From: Macrostomum lignano
Taxonomy: Eukaryota
Direction of reading: 5' to 3'
NCBI GenBank assembly: GCA_002269645.1
Contig: NIVC01001639.1
Location: 92,201-156,200, forward strand
DNA length: 64,000 bases
In this document: positions 36,901 to 48,050 of the stretch, piece by piece
Layout of the letters: every line of letters begins with the position of its first letter
How positions within the stretch are numbered: the first letter of the stretch is position 1
Position numbers and translations under genes: made by a program
The notes under the pieces: model-generated
Database searches by the model: none
What the model saw: the letters and a program-made list of their open reading frames with translations, nothing else
What the model was told of the DNA's origin: nothing

Positions 36901-37614
36901 CATGGAGACGCAGCAGCTGGCCTACGGCAGAGCAGGTGAGAATTGGCCTTTCTATCGACTGAGATAATCAACCATCAAAATTCAAACTTAAATATAAAGC
37001 AGTACATTTGTGATTCAGCCAAAGATCCCAAACCCCAGATCCCAAATCCCAGATCCCAAATCCCACATCCCAAATCCCAGATCCCAAATCCCAGATCCCA
37101 AATCCCACATCCCAAATCCCAGATCCCCAATACCAGATCCCAAATCTCATATCCCAAATTCCAGATTCCAGATCCCAGATCCCAAACCATAAATCCACAT
37201 CGCTCACAATCCGCAGGCTTCCCCAGCGCGGCAGCGGCGGCCGCCCTGTCCTACCAGGGTTATCATCACGCGGCCTACCCTGGCCAGGACATGCTGGCCG
37301 GCTTCCAGCATCCGCACATGATGATGTCTGCCGCCCATGCCGCCTCGGCGGCCCACTACATGTACGGCGGCGGCGGCATCGGCCAGCAGGCAGTTTCGCC
37401 GCCGCCACAGTCGCAGCAGCCGCAGCAGCAGCAGCAGTCGCTGCATCATCACGCTGTCGGGCCCAGCTCGCATCATCAAGGATACCAGCATCACCAGCAC
37501 CAGCATCATCTTCATCATCATTCGACTGCGGCGGCTGCGGCGGCAGCTGCCGCGGCCGCGGCTGCCGTAGCCGCTGAGGGCGTCTCCGTTGTGTCGCCCG
37601 ACCTGCTGTCGTAA
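19397..37614 (+). CDS. Meis/hth: Meis/homothorax TALE-class homeobox transcription factor, 12 coding exons, 656 aa
   Basis: Exons 19397-19423 (MTSQSQQHM, least certain), 20455-20771, 22886-23036 ([18 protein letters not shown]), 26025-26078, 27054-27104 ([17 protein letters not shown]), 28236-28565 ([21 protein letters not shown]), 30812-31088, 33291-33439, 33517-33593, 33672-33730 ([55 protein letters not shown]), 36855-36935, 37217-37614. All GT-AG, phases consistent, 1971 nt. Confidence 0.95.
19590..20360. repeat. 15 bp minisatellite (tctagtctcattcta)n, Meis intron 1
   Basis: Directly visible, near-perfect. Confidence 0.95.
20850..21390. repeat. 54 bp minisatellite, Meis intron 2 (TGACAG-rich)
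   Basis: ~9 units of ttcctgcagtgacagttgcattggtgtgacagacaggtgagagagagaccgg. Confidence 0.93.
22065..22350. repeat. AG-rich minisatellite (gatagagatgggcaggga..)
   Basis: Directly visible imperfect ~24 bp units. Confidence 0.85.
23070..23415. repeat. ~22 bp minisatellite (cactctatccaggctgttctat)n, Meis intron 3
   Basis: About 15 copies starting ~35 nt after the exon 3 donor. Confidence 0.92.
24870..25330. repeat. TGACAC-rich minisatellite upstream of Meis exon 4
   Basis: cctgacacatcatgacacgc-type units. Confidence 0.88.
26090..26975. repeat. 9 bp (ctcctgaca)n array with higher-order duplication, downstream of Meis exon 4
   Basis: Directly visible; the variant pattern cttctgac..cttgacac recurs at ~26450 and ~26625. 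Confidence 0.95.
27830..28140. repeat. 22-23 bp minisatellite (gctgtctgacattgaaattaggc)n, Meis intron 5
   Basis: About 13 imperfect copies. Confidence 0.9.
29885..30020 (+). mobile_element. SINE family B body fragment in Meis intron 6
   Basis: gagtgtacatgcctgatgattagaaagtcaggaccgctgtacacccggtgtgagcgtgtg. Confidence 0.6.
30460..30770. repeat. 11 bp (catgggtcagt)n array upstream of Meis exon 7
   Basis: Directly visible. Confidence 0.92.
31190..31545. repeat. 11 bp (catg[g/t][g/a]tcagt)n array downstream of Meis exon 7
   Basis: Same family and orientation as 30460-30770. Confidence 0.92.
32640..33230. repeat. (ctccctccg)-based array with 60-70 bp higher-order units
   Basis: Directly visible upstream of the first homeobox exon. 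Confidence 0.92.
33890..34690. repeat. 7 bp (atccca[a/g])n array, Meis intron 10
   Basis: Directly visible; source of QIP/GIWDL ORFs. Confidence 0.94.
35402..35635. repeat. Pure (ctccctccg)n 9 bp array, Meis intron 10
   Basis: Directly visible, ~26 perfect copies. Confidence 0.96.
36230..36715. repeat. 20 bp (aatcccaaatcccattcccg)n array
   Basis: Directly visible, related to the 7 bp ATCCCA family. Confidence 0.95.
37020..37190. repeat. 7 bp (atccca[a/g])n array, Meis intron 11
   Basis: Same family as 33890-34690. Confidence 0.9.
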
Positions 37615-38921
37615 CGCCGAAAAACCGACTGACTGTTCCTAACCATTCGATTCCCCCTCGTACCGAGCAGCTTAATCCCCGGATTAACAGAGCATCTTAA
37701 CACTATCTTGATTACTCTCTCTCTCCCCCTCTCCCTCTCTCTCTCCCTCTCCCTCTCTCCCTCTCCCACTCTCCTCCTCTCTCGATCTCTCTCTTTGTCT
37801 CTCCCTTTCCTTCCCTAGCCCTTGTGCAACCCGGAGACTGCATTGTTTCGCCGCAGACACCGGCGGGAAAGCAGGATGATGGATGGACCTGGCTTGGCCC
37901 GCATCCTTCTCCAACGCCCCCCCCCCCGTTCCCGGATCCTGCCGGCGACTCGATGACTCAATTTTTATCCCATTCGAGCATACTTCCCATAACTTCCATG
38001 GTATTAACTCTAGGGGCATTGTTTGGCCGGTATACAATATAAATATGTCGCATTGTCAGATAGCCATTGTTCCCGCTCCCAAAATCCCATCGCTCACATA
38101 ATCTGTACATGTTTCTCTCCCGAAGCAACTCACAGCTACTCGAACGCATTCTGAACACAGCAATTGCTTTTGTTTGAGGCGCGGTGGCTTTCTGAGTTGT
38201 TGGTGATTTTTGCGCTAACGAGAGAGAGAGAGGGAGAGAGGGAGAGAGGGAGAGAGGGAGAGACAGAGGGTCTCTTGTTCCTGTTTATTCACAGTTCACT
38301 TTGCTCCGCCAGTCAAACGCTCAGCGCTATTGACAAATTAATAACATCTCAGCAAAGATGTTCAGTTTCAACCCGTCTATTTGCCTATTGTAAGCTTTTC
38401 GCTTTGCATAAATAATATTGAAAATCTCAAGACTACATGTTCGTCAGTCTTTGTTGAGGACACTCTCTGTGCCGTGTGTTTTTTAAATCTTTCTCTTTCG
38501 CTTTGGCTTTGATAAAGCAACGGTTCCCCACCCTCCTTGACACCGCTTCGCGCCCAGAAATCTCTTGTCTGTCATTGCTTGTCCGCCAGCGCACCCGTGT
38601 CTCCCCACACAAATAATATGTAGCTCTGTATCTATGCAGTACCGCTTCAAACATGGATGAATTAATAAGCTCTGCTAATATTGAATAAGATAAAATGTTT
38701 GCTTGTGCATCCAAACTTTTCTCAAGTGTCCCGTCACAGGCGTATGATTTGGCATTGCTAACCTAAGCTGGATCAGCTGGAATGTCAAAGAAATGATAAT
38801 TAATTATATTTAAATTTAAATACATGAAGATGTTCACCGATTCTATTGCGTTTGTCTTTAGTATGTGTAGACTAACAACTTCACTGCGGCTTGCGCGTCT
38901 TGGTGTGTTTTAAATTGAGAT

Positions 38922-39810
38922 TAGACAGGGTGAGAGTGAGACAGGGTGAGAGTGAGACAGGGTGAGAGTGAGACAGGATGAGAGTGAGACAAGGTGAGAG
39001 TGAGACAGGGTGAGAGTGAGACAGGGTGAGAGTGAGACAGGGTGAGAGTGAGACAGGGTGAGAGTGAGACAGGGTGAGAGTGAGACAGGGTGAGAGTGAG
39101 ACAGGGTGAGAGTGAGACAGGGTGAGAGTGAGACAGGGTGAGAGTGAGACAGGGTGAGAGTGAGACAGGGTGAGAGTGAGACAGGGTGAGAGAGTGAGAC
39201 AGGGTGAGAGTGAGACAGGGTGAGAGTGAGACAGGGTGAGAGTGAGACAGGGTGAGAGTGAGACAGGGTGAGAGAGTGAGACAGGGTGAGAGTGAGACAG
39301 GGTGAGAGTGAGACAGGGTGAGAGTGAGACAGGGTGAGAGTGAGACAGGGTGAGAGTGAGACAGGCTGAGACAGTGAGACAGGGTGAGAGTGAGACGGGT
39401 GAGACAGTGAGACAGGGTGAGAGAGTGAGACGGGTGAGACAGTGAGACGGGGTGTGAGAGTGAGACAGGGTGAGAGTGAGACAGGGTGAGAGTGAGACAG
39501 GGTGAGAGTGAGACAGGGTGAGAGTGAGACAGGGTGAGAGTGAGACAGGGTGAGAGTGAGACAGGGTGAGAGTGAGACAGGGTGAGAGTGAGACAGGCTG
39601 AGACAGTGAGACAGGGTGAGAGTGAGACGGGTGAGACAGTGAGACAGGGTGAGAGAGTGAGACGGGTGAGACAGTGAGACGGGGTGTGAGAGTGAGACAG
39701 GGTGAGAGTGAGACAGGGTGAGAGTGAGACAGGGTGAGAGTGAGACAGGGTGAGAGTGAGACAGGGTGAGAGTGAGACAGGGTGAGAGTGACAGGGTGAG
39801 AGAGTGAGAC
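38922..39810 (+). repeat. 16 bp (gagtgagacagggtga)n array
   Basis: Directly visible, with an internal ~250 bp higher-order duplication. Confidence 0.95.
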
Positions 39811-40540
39811 TATAAGAGTGATATATGGCCGGCAGCAGTTGAAACAAATCGGTGATCAGCGGACACAATAAATCAGGGGGGGGGGGCAGCTCCGATCAGG
39901 GCAGACAATGGCTATCAGATTATAGCTGTTATATTATTGCTGGATGGGCGGCAGTAGCAGCTGGAAGCGGCCGCCCAGCCCAAACGCACAGCGGGACGCC
40001 TCCAACCTGCTAATGATCGGGCAGGCGCGGCGCGCTCGCGAGCCGGCCGAACCCCGACCGAGGCCAGTTGTTAGCCGTGGGGTGGCGGGGCAGGACAATC
40101 GCGAATTTCCAACACGGGTTATGCAGAGATTGCTGGAATGCGGAAAACTCGCCCCTCTCTCAGTCTCCCCCCTGCATCTGCAGAGAGGCTGTTTCTGTTA
40201 CCGAGCCGCTAGTGGCGCGAGTGTTTCGGCTGGAGAGGCTGGGGGGGGGGCGGCCTCGGTAGCTTTTGAAATGTCAGCGGGGGGGCGCTTACCCTTGGAA
40301 GGAAAGGGATTTGGGATTTGCCCCGCCTCCCCACACAACCCCTTAGCATGGCAACCAAACAGCGGATGGAAAAAGGGGAATATTTAGGAGGAAAGAATGA
40401 GAGAAGCGCCGGTGCCATATGCAGCTGTTTCCGCCTTCGGCCAGGGAGATTCAAAACTGGGAGTCTGGAGTGCGCAATCATCGCGCACTAGAACTTTTTT
40501 TATACACTAAGGAGGCCATTCAGTGCCATCTACTGAATAT

Positions 40541-40829
40541 ATAATAATAATTGATTACACCTGCTCAAATTGAGACAGATGTGCAACCGACAGCTCAGCC
40601 GCAGCTATTGCGCGGCGCATCTGAAGGCAAGGACCGGGGGGGGGGGTCGCCACACACATCTTCAATTATCCCAGCTAATGCTGGCACCCATTTTACAGCT
40701 GGGTGAGCTGAAGCAATGCAGAGTTTTGTGTCTAGCTCCAGAACACAAATTGTTTCAATGGAATCGGGAATCGAACTCCCGACCTTTCAGTCGCGAGTCC
40801 GACGCTCTGACCACTAGGCTACAACCTCC
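40541..40829 (-). mobile_element. tRNA-derived SINE, family A
   Basis: Minus strand: TAGCCTAGTGG (A box), GGGAGTTCGATTCCC (B box), central tgtgttc..agacac...cagctgtaaaatgggtgcc domain and an (ATT)n tail; second copy at 53658-53930. Confidence 0.85.
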
Positions 40830-41364
40830 TTTTAGCTGTACATATACACACTGAAAGAGCTTTGACTGCGTAAGTAATTGTCTGAAAACTAAGGTCTGAG
40901 AGGAAAGGACCGCACTCCAGACGGTCGTTAGTGGGCCTCCTTGACCTCCCCTCTCTTCCGAGCCGCCGGTGAAACGTTCTAGCTTGTACCGTCCGAAAAA
41001 CTCCGCCTTTCTCGATACGTAATTCTGCCGCGCTAAAATTCCAGCATCTTTCGGATCCTGTCTTGCCCCCTCCCCATTTCTCTCTCTCATGGCCGAGTTG
41101 TCAAGCCAGACAGCTGACTCCGAGCTGGAATGCAGTTGGTGGTTGCTTGAAATCCACTGCTGGCACAGGGGACCAAAGCCCAGAGAGACTGCGAGACTTG
41201 CACTGCGCTAATTACGAGTATGGGCTGGGGGAACTGACAGTCTCTTGTAGGGCTTGTGCGCGAGATGCAAGCAACTGTGTGGCTGCTGATGTTTTGATGT
41301 GCGATTGACAGCATCAGTAGCGTGACTTAATGGTCACGGCTCTGACTATGAGTGAAATAGGGTG

Positions 41365-41905
41365 GGACAGGGTGAGAGAGTGAGATAGGGTGAGAGAGGG
41401 TGAGAGAGTGAGACAGGGTGAGAGAGTGAGACAGGGTGAGAGAGTGAGACAGGGTGAGAGAGTGAGACAGGGTGAGAGAGTGAGACAGGGTGAGAGTGAG
41501 ACAGTGTGAGAGTGAGACAGTGTGAGAGTGAGACAGGGTGAGAGTGAGACAGGGTGAGAGTGAGACAGTGTGAGAGTGAGACAGTGTGAGAGTGAGACAG
41601 GGTGAAAGAGTGAGACAGTGTGAGAGTGAGACAGTGTGAGAGTGAGACAGGGTGAAAGAGTGAGACAGGGTGAGAGTGAGACAGGGTGAGAGTGAGACAG
41701 GGTGAGAGTGAGACAGTGTGAGAGTGAGACAGGGTCAGACAGTGAGACAGGCTGAGACAGTGAGACAGGGTGAGAGAGTGAGACGGGTGAGACAGTGAGA
41801 CGGGGTGTGAGAGTGAGACAGGGTGAGAGTGAGACAGGGTGAGAGAGTGAGACAGTGTGAGAGTGAGACAGTGTGAGAGTGAGACAGGGTCAGACAGTGA
41901 GACTC
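41365..41905 (+). repeat. 16 bp (gagtgagacagggtga)n array, second block
   Basis: Shares diagnostic variant units (acaggctgagacagtgag..acggggtgtgag) with 38922-39810. Confidence 0.94.
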
Positions 41906-42284
41906 AGAGACAGAAAGCCAGTTGAATAAATTTACAGACTGTCTCATAGCCTGGAGGACAGGCCGGACCTTCTTAATCCTAAAGACTGTTTGCGGGGTAC
42001 GAGCAGGAGATTGAAGCTCTTTGATGAGCTGCATTTGATTCGCCATTCTCTGCTCCACTGGCAGCCAGGCGGAGTCGTTAATTAAGTCTGCCTAGCGATC
42101 CGATGCAAATCCGGGAGTCTCTTAACGATCTGAATTAAACCAACTTGGAATAGACCAGTTCAGCAGATTGCTTAATTAACTACCAGAATTCGTAGCCTTT
42201 TTTACTGATCTGATGCACCTTCCTGGGCAGAAATGGTCACCGAAGTTTGGAGCATCGTTTTGTCTAGAGCAGTCAGCTTTTTTT

Positions 42285-43775
42285 GACTCTCTCTCACCAT
42301 GTCTCACTGTCTCACCCTGTCCCACTCTCTTCCCCTGTCTCTCACCCTGACTCATTATCTCACCCCGTCTCACTCTCTCACCATATCTCACTGTCTCACC
42401 CTGTCCCACTCTCTTCCCCTGTCTCTCACCCTGACTCATTATCTCACCCCGTCTCACTCTCTCACCATGTCTCACTGTCTCACCCTGTCTCACTCTCTCA
42501 CCCTGTCTCACTGTCTCACCCTGTCTCACTCTCTCACCCTGTCTCACTGTCTCACCCTGTCCCACTCTCTTCCCCTGTCTCTCACCCTGACTCATTATCT
42601 CACCCCGTCTCACTCTCTCACCATGTCTCACTGTCTCACCCTGTCCCAATCTCTCACCCCGTCTCACTCTCTCTCCCTGTCTCTCACCCTGTCTCACTGT
42701 TTCACCCCGTCTCACTCTCTCTCCCTGTCTCTCACTCTGTCTCACTATCTCACCCCGTCTCACTCTCTCCCCCTGTCTCTCACCCTGTCTCACTATCTCA
42801 CCCGTCTCACTCTCTCCACCTGTCTCTCACCCTGTCTCACTATCTCACCCGTCTCACTCTCTCCACCTGTCTCTCACTCTGTCTCACTATCTCACCCCGT
42901 CTCACTCTCTTCCCCTGTCTCTCACCCTGTCTCACTATCTCACCCCGTCTCACTCTCTCCACCTGTCTCTCACCCTGTCTCACTATCTCACCCCGTCTCA
43001 CTCTCTCCACCTGTCTCTCACCCTGTCTCACTATCTCAACCCGTCTCACTCTCTTCCCCTGTCTCACTATCTCACCCCGTATCACTCTCTCCCCCTGTCT
43101 CTCACCCTGTCTCACCATCTCACCCCGTCTCACTCTCTCACCATGTCTCACTGTCTCACCCTGTCCCAATCTCTCACCCCGTCTCACTCTCTCTCCCTGT
43201 CTCTCACCCTGTCTCACTGTTTCACCCCGTCTCACTCTCTCTCCCTGTCTCTCACTCTGTCTCACTATCTCACCCCGTCTCACTCTCTCCCCCTGTCTCT
43301 CACCCTGTCTCACTATCTCACCCGTCTCACTCTCTCCACCTGTCTCTCACTCTGTCTCACTATCTCACCCCGTCTCACTCTCTTCCCCTGTCTCTCACCC
43401 TGTCTCACTATCTCACCCCGTCTCACTCTCTCCACCTGTCTCTCACCCTGTCTCACTATCTCACCCCGTCTCACTCTCTTCCCCTGTCTCTCACCCTGTC
43501 TCACTATCTCACCCCGTCTCACTCTCTCCACCTGTCTCTCACCCTGTCTCACTATCTCACCCCGTCTCACTCTCTCCCCCTGTCTCTCACCCTGTCTCAC
43601 TATCTCACCCCGTCTCACTCTCTCCCCCTGTCTCTCACCCTGTCTCACTATCTCACCCCGTCTCACTCTCTCCACCTGTCTCTCACCCTGTCTCACTATC
43701 TCACCCCGTCTCACTCTCTTCCCCTGTCTCACTATCTCACCCCGTATCACTCTCTCACCCTTTCTGAGCCTCACC
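42285..43775 (-). repeat. Inverted-orientation array of the same family (tctcaccctgtctcac)n
   Basis: Units are the reverse complement of gtgagacagggtgaga, with longer 24-40 bp variants. Confidence 0.93.
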
Positions 43776-44334
43776 CTGTTTTCTGACAGCGTCTCCCTAT
43801 GCCGCTGTCAAATAGTTGGTCTCTGTGATTCATTCCAGCGCTATCCCATAATCCCAATCTTCCATTAGCCATCCCATTTCCCTCATCCCATCGTGGGAAG
43901 TGTTTACACCAGGCCTGCACAGTCAGTTAACAGTGGTTTAAATTGCCAGATTTGACCTAACCCAATTCATTGGTCCCATCCCAGCTGCTGTCTACCAGCC
44001 AGTCTAGCAATCCACTTGATCTTCCTGGCGCCCAAACCACAAGTCAAGAATTTACAATTGCTTCCGTTTACAAAATGCTGACCAAACCGGATGCCCAAAG
44101 CTACAAGTATGTTACCATCATCTGGCTAATCAGTTTGAGTGGTCGCGCCTGGCAACAAATACTATCCACTTGCCTGTTCCCTCGATTGTGTAAACGCCGC
44201 TGCAGTGCCAACAAGTCGTAATTCAAGGACACCAGGAACTATAATTTTTGCTGTAACTGCCTTATATTAATATCATAGATTGTTAGAAATGATAGGACTG
44301 TAGTTTTCGGAGCTTATAGTCTGTGAATTATCCA

Positions 44335-44680
44335 CTTTGTGAATTGACCAGTTTGTGAATTGACCAGTTTGTGAACTGTCGAGTTTGTGAACTGTCTAGT
44401 TTGTGAACTGTCTAGTTTGTGAACTGTCTAGTTTGTGAAATGTCTAGTTTGTGAACTGTCTAGTTTGTGAACTGTCTAGTTTGTGAACTGTCTAGTTTGT
44501 GAACTGTCTAGCTTGTGAATTGTCCAGTTTGTGAATTGTCTAGTTTGTGAATTGTCAAGCTTGTAAATCTTATAGTTTGTGAAAAAGTTTCTAGTTTGTG
44601 AAGTGTAAAATTTGTGAATCATCTAGTTTGTGAAGTGTAAAATTTGTGAATCATCTAGTTTGTGAAGTGCCTAGTTTGTG
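44335..44680. repeat. 16 bp (ttgtgaactgtctagt)n array
   Basis: Directly visible. Confidence 0.9.
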
Positions 44681-45119
44681 ATGAGTTCTGCTTTAGAAAG
44701 ATAATTAGGCAGTTTTTGGTAGAATTTTTAGTCTGCAGTGAAGAATTTTTCTCATCGCTACTAAATGGCTAATTGCATAAAAATGCAGCCATTATTATTC
44801 CCAATACGGCAGGAGTCGGACACAATGGAGGAAAGTTGTAAAGAATTAATTTCTGTCGGTGGGAACAGCAGTGATTTGGGAATTTAACAATTTTTCCCTG
44901 CTAAAAGCTTTGGGATAGGAAAAAAACTTTATTTCACGTGGAGTTCAGGTACTCCATTGTCTGCCGCTTTAATGGGCTTGCTAATGTTTTCCTGAGTTTT
45001 TCGACTGACTCAATTTGTGCTCAAATCATGTTTTTTTTGTTTCAGCTTAAGCTTATAGAGTTTATTATAATCTTGCAGCATCAAACATAGATTGATTTTC
45101 AATCTATGCTTATCATGCT

Positions 45120-45688
45120 CAGGGGCGTCGCCATGGTTTTTTGATAGGGGGACAAAGCCAAGAATTCTACATGTACATGTACGCTCGTACATATTCTTTT
45201 TAGAATCGGTGTTGTCAGCGCCGCAGGCACTCATTTTAGCGCCGCAGGCAATCATTTAGCGCCGCAGGCACTCATTTTAGCGCCGCAGGCAATCATTTTA
45301 GCGCCACAGGCACTCATTTTAGCGCCGCAGGCAATCATTTGGCGCCGCAGGCACTCATTTTAGCGCCGCAGGCAATCATTTTAGCGCCACAGGCACTCAT
45401 TTTAGCGCCACAGGCACTCATTTTAGCGCCACAGGCAATCATTTTAGCGCCACAGGCACTCATTTTAGCGCCACAGGCACTCATTTAGCGCCGCAGGCAC
45501 TCATTTTAGCGCGGCAGGCAATCATTTAGCGCCACAGGCACTATATTTTGTTACCCTGAAGCAAAATTATTGATTTTCATAACGGGTCATGAGGTTGGGT
45601 GAGGGGGACAAAGCATTGGCATGTCCCCCCCCACAACTTTTACTGTGGGGGACATGTCCCCCTGTCCCTCCCGGTGGCGAAGCCCCTA
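45120..45688. mobile_element. MITE-like element with imperfect terminal inverted repeats and an internal ~21 bp tandem array
   Basis: Left aggggcgtcgcca versus right tggcgaagcccct (reverse complement aggggcttcgcca); internal (agcgccgcaggcactcatttt)n at 45215-45545; no target-site duplication found. Confidence 0.55.
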
Positions 45689-46289
45689 ATATTTCACTAC
45701 GTACATTGGGGTATTTTACATAGATAAAACTCGCCTAAGAGTCAGAGCAGAATCAGTTCACTACTTTTCCCATCTGCTCGTCAAACGTCTCACTTCTAAA
45801 AGAAGAGATTGTGTCAAAAACATTTGAACCAGAAAGCGGAAATATCGACTGGAACATTTCTGCAGAGCAACTCCAGGCCCCGCTCCGTTGCTGACTTTCT
45901 TATTAGAAAAAAATTGGCAAATTCACTAATTCCAGAATCTGTTGCAGACCTTGGGAGCTGCAGAAGCAGAAGGAACTACAGGAGGCCTGGTATCCAAGCA
46001 AAAATGTCTGAAAAGCTTCCAGTTGCCGTCCTGTCCCAAATCAGGAGACTCTGTGACAGCTTGGCAGAAGAAAGAGTGCGAAAAAGAACGAAGAAAAAAA
46101 CAGAAAAACAAATGTTAAGGAGAAACTGTGTTTGAAAAATTTCTGCATCGAAAGTGTGGGAGCCAAGAGTCTGGTCTAGCTCAACCTGCACCCATTGATT
46201 CTTGAGGAATTCCTTGGGGAGTAGGAGAGAAGAAGAGAGGGGGAAAGGCAGAGGGAATGAGATAGACAAAAGGTTAAAGTGAGACGGAG

Positions 46290-46705
46290 AGAGTGAGAAT
46301 GCGAGAAAGAGAGTGAGAGAGAGAGAGAGAGTGAGGGAGAGAGTGAGGGAGCGAGTGAGGGAGAGAGTGAGGAAGAGTGAGGGAGAGAGTGAGGGGAAAG
46401 TGAGAGGGAGAGTGAGGGGGAGAGTGAGGTAGAGAGTGAGGGGAAAGTGAGAGGGAGAGTGAGGGGGAGAGTGAGGTAGAGAGTGAGGGGAAAGTGAGAG
46501 GGAGAGTGAGGGGGAGAGTGAGGGAGAGAGTGAGGGGAAAGTGAGAGGGAGAGTGAGGGGGAGAGTGAGGGAGAGAGTGAGGGGAAAGTGAGAGGGAGAG
46601 TGAGGGAGAGAGTGAGGGGAAAGTGAGAGGGAGAGTGAGGGGGAGAGTGAGGTAGAGAGTGAGGGGAGAGTGAGGGAGAGAGTGAGGGAGCGAGTGGGGG
46701 AGTGA
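46290..46705. repeat. GA-rich (gagtgagg..)n low-complexity array
   Basis: Directly visible. Confidence 0.9.
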
Positions 46706-47564
46706 GGGAGAATGCGCGCACCCGAGCCGCAGCCTGTTGCCTGCCTTCTCCAATTATCAAAGCAGCCAAGCCGAGCCGAGCGCAGAGATTAATTGGCCAA
46801 TTAGGCGTGGCCAAATTTCTTAGAAAATCTCTCACGCAAGCTGAGAGAGAGAGAGCGAGAGAGAGAGAGTTTCATCCTGCATCTTTCCAAGGTTTTACTC
46901 TGTTTTGTCTTTTCGAATTTCCTCATTTGCAAGAGAGCGGCGGCACGCAAGCCCCCCCCCCCTATTGATCCGGACTTTGGCTGCGAGGCTGCGATGGAGC
47001 AGCAAATGAGGCAGAGATTAGGGCTCGGGCAAATCTCCCCGCCATTAATCAGATCCCCACCGCGCGCCGGTCGCCAATCTCTCTCTTCCCCCATCGCGCC
47101 TGCATCTCTATCCCCAGACCGGAGACCTGTTTTGCTCCGGATTAGTGTCACATCTGACAGGTAGTCAATCATCGGGGCCTGCCCTGCTCGGCGCTCGGCT
47201 CGCTGGAGTGCGCCCGGCTTTGGGAAGAATGGAGGGAGGGGGCGGTGGCTGCCCAGCAGCTCAGCTTTCGAATCTCTCTCTGTCTCTCTGCTCATCTTCG
47301 CTCTCACTCGGGTCTCTAGCGAAGCCGCCGCCGCCGCCCATTCAACCGTGGCATGGGGCAGCGAGTGCTAGCGAGTATCTCCTTATCCGGCCGTGTCACG
47401 TAGCTCTTTCACTTCGCATCGCGGCGCTCCCCGAATCCGCCTCGAATAGATAAGCCGCCGCAAACTCCCCTCATCCCCTCCCCGGCACCGGCCTTCTCGA
47501 GAGTTCGCTCGCTCGCTTAGTTTTAATATGTGCTAACACCGATGCGAAACTGTGGCGCGTCATT

Positions 47565-48050
47565 GTCAATGCTGGCGCCTCAGTATCTGTTGGCGCCTCA
47601 GTATCTCTGTTTTCGCCTCAGTATCTCTGCTGGCGCCTCAGTATCTCTGTTTGCGCCTCAGTATCTCTACTGGCGCCTCAGTATCTCTGTTTGCGCCTCA
47701 GTATCTCTACTGGCGCCTCAGTATCTCTGTTTGCGCCTCAGTATCTCTGTTTGCACCTCAGTATCTCTGCTGGCAACTCACTTACCCATCACGGTGCCTC
47801 ACTACTTCCCTTGGCGCCTCACTCACTCATCACGGCGCTTCACTACTTCCCTTGGCGCCTCACTCACCCGTCACGGCGCCCCACTACTTCCCTTGGCGCC
47901 TCACTCACCCATCACGGCGCCCCACTACTTCCCTTGGCGCCTCACTCACCCGTCACGGCGCCCCACTACTTCCCTTGGCGCCTCACTCACCCATCACGGC
48001 GCCCCACTACTTCCCTTGGCGCCTCACTCACCCATCACGACGCTTCACTC
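47565..48050. repeat. Compound 20 bp (gcgcctcagtatctctgttt) and ~41 bp (cccactacttcccttggcgcctcactcacccatcacggcg) arrays
   Basis: Directly visible; both share a ggcgcctca core. Confidence 0.9.

Noticed and set aside
40760-40829. Functional tRNA gene
   Set aside because: A and B boxes are present but there is no complete acceptor stem, and it continues into a repeated SINE body.
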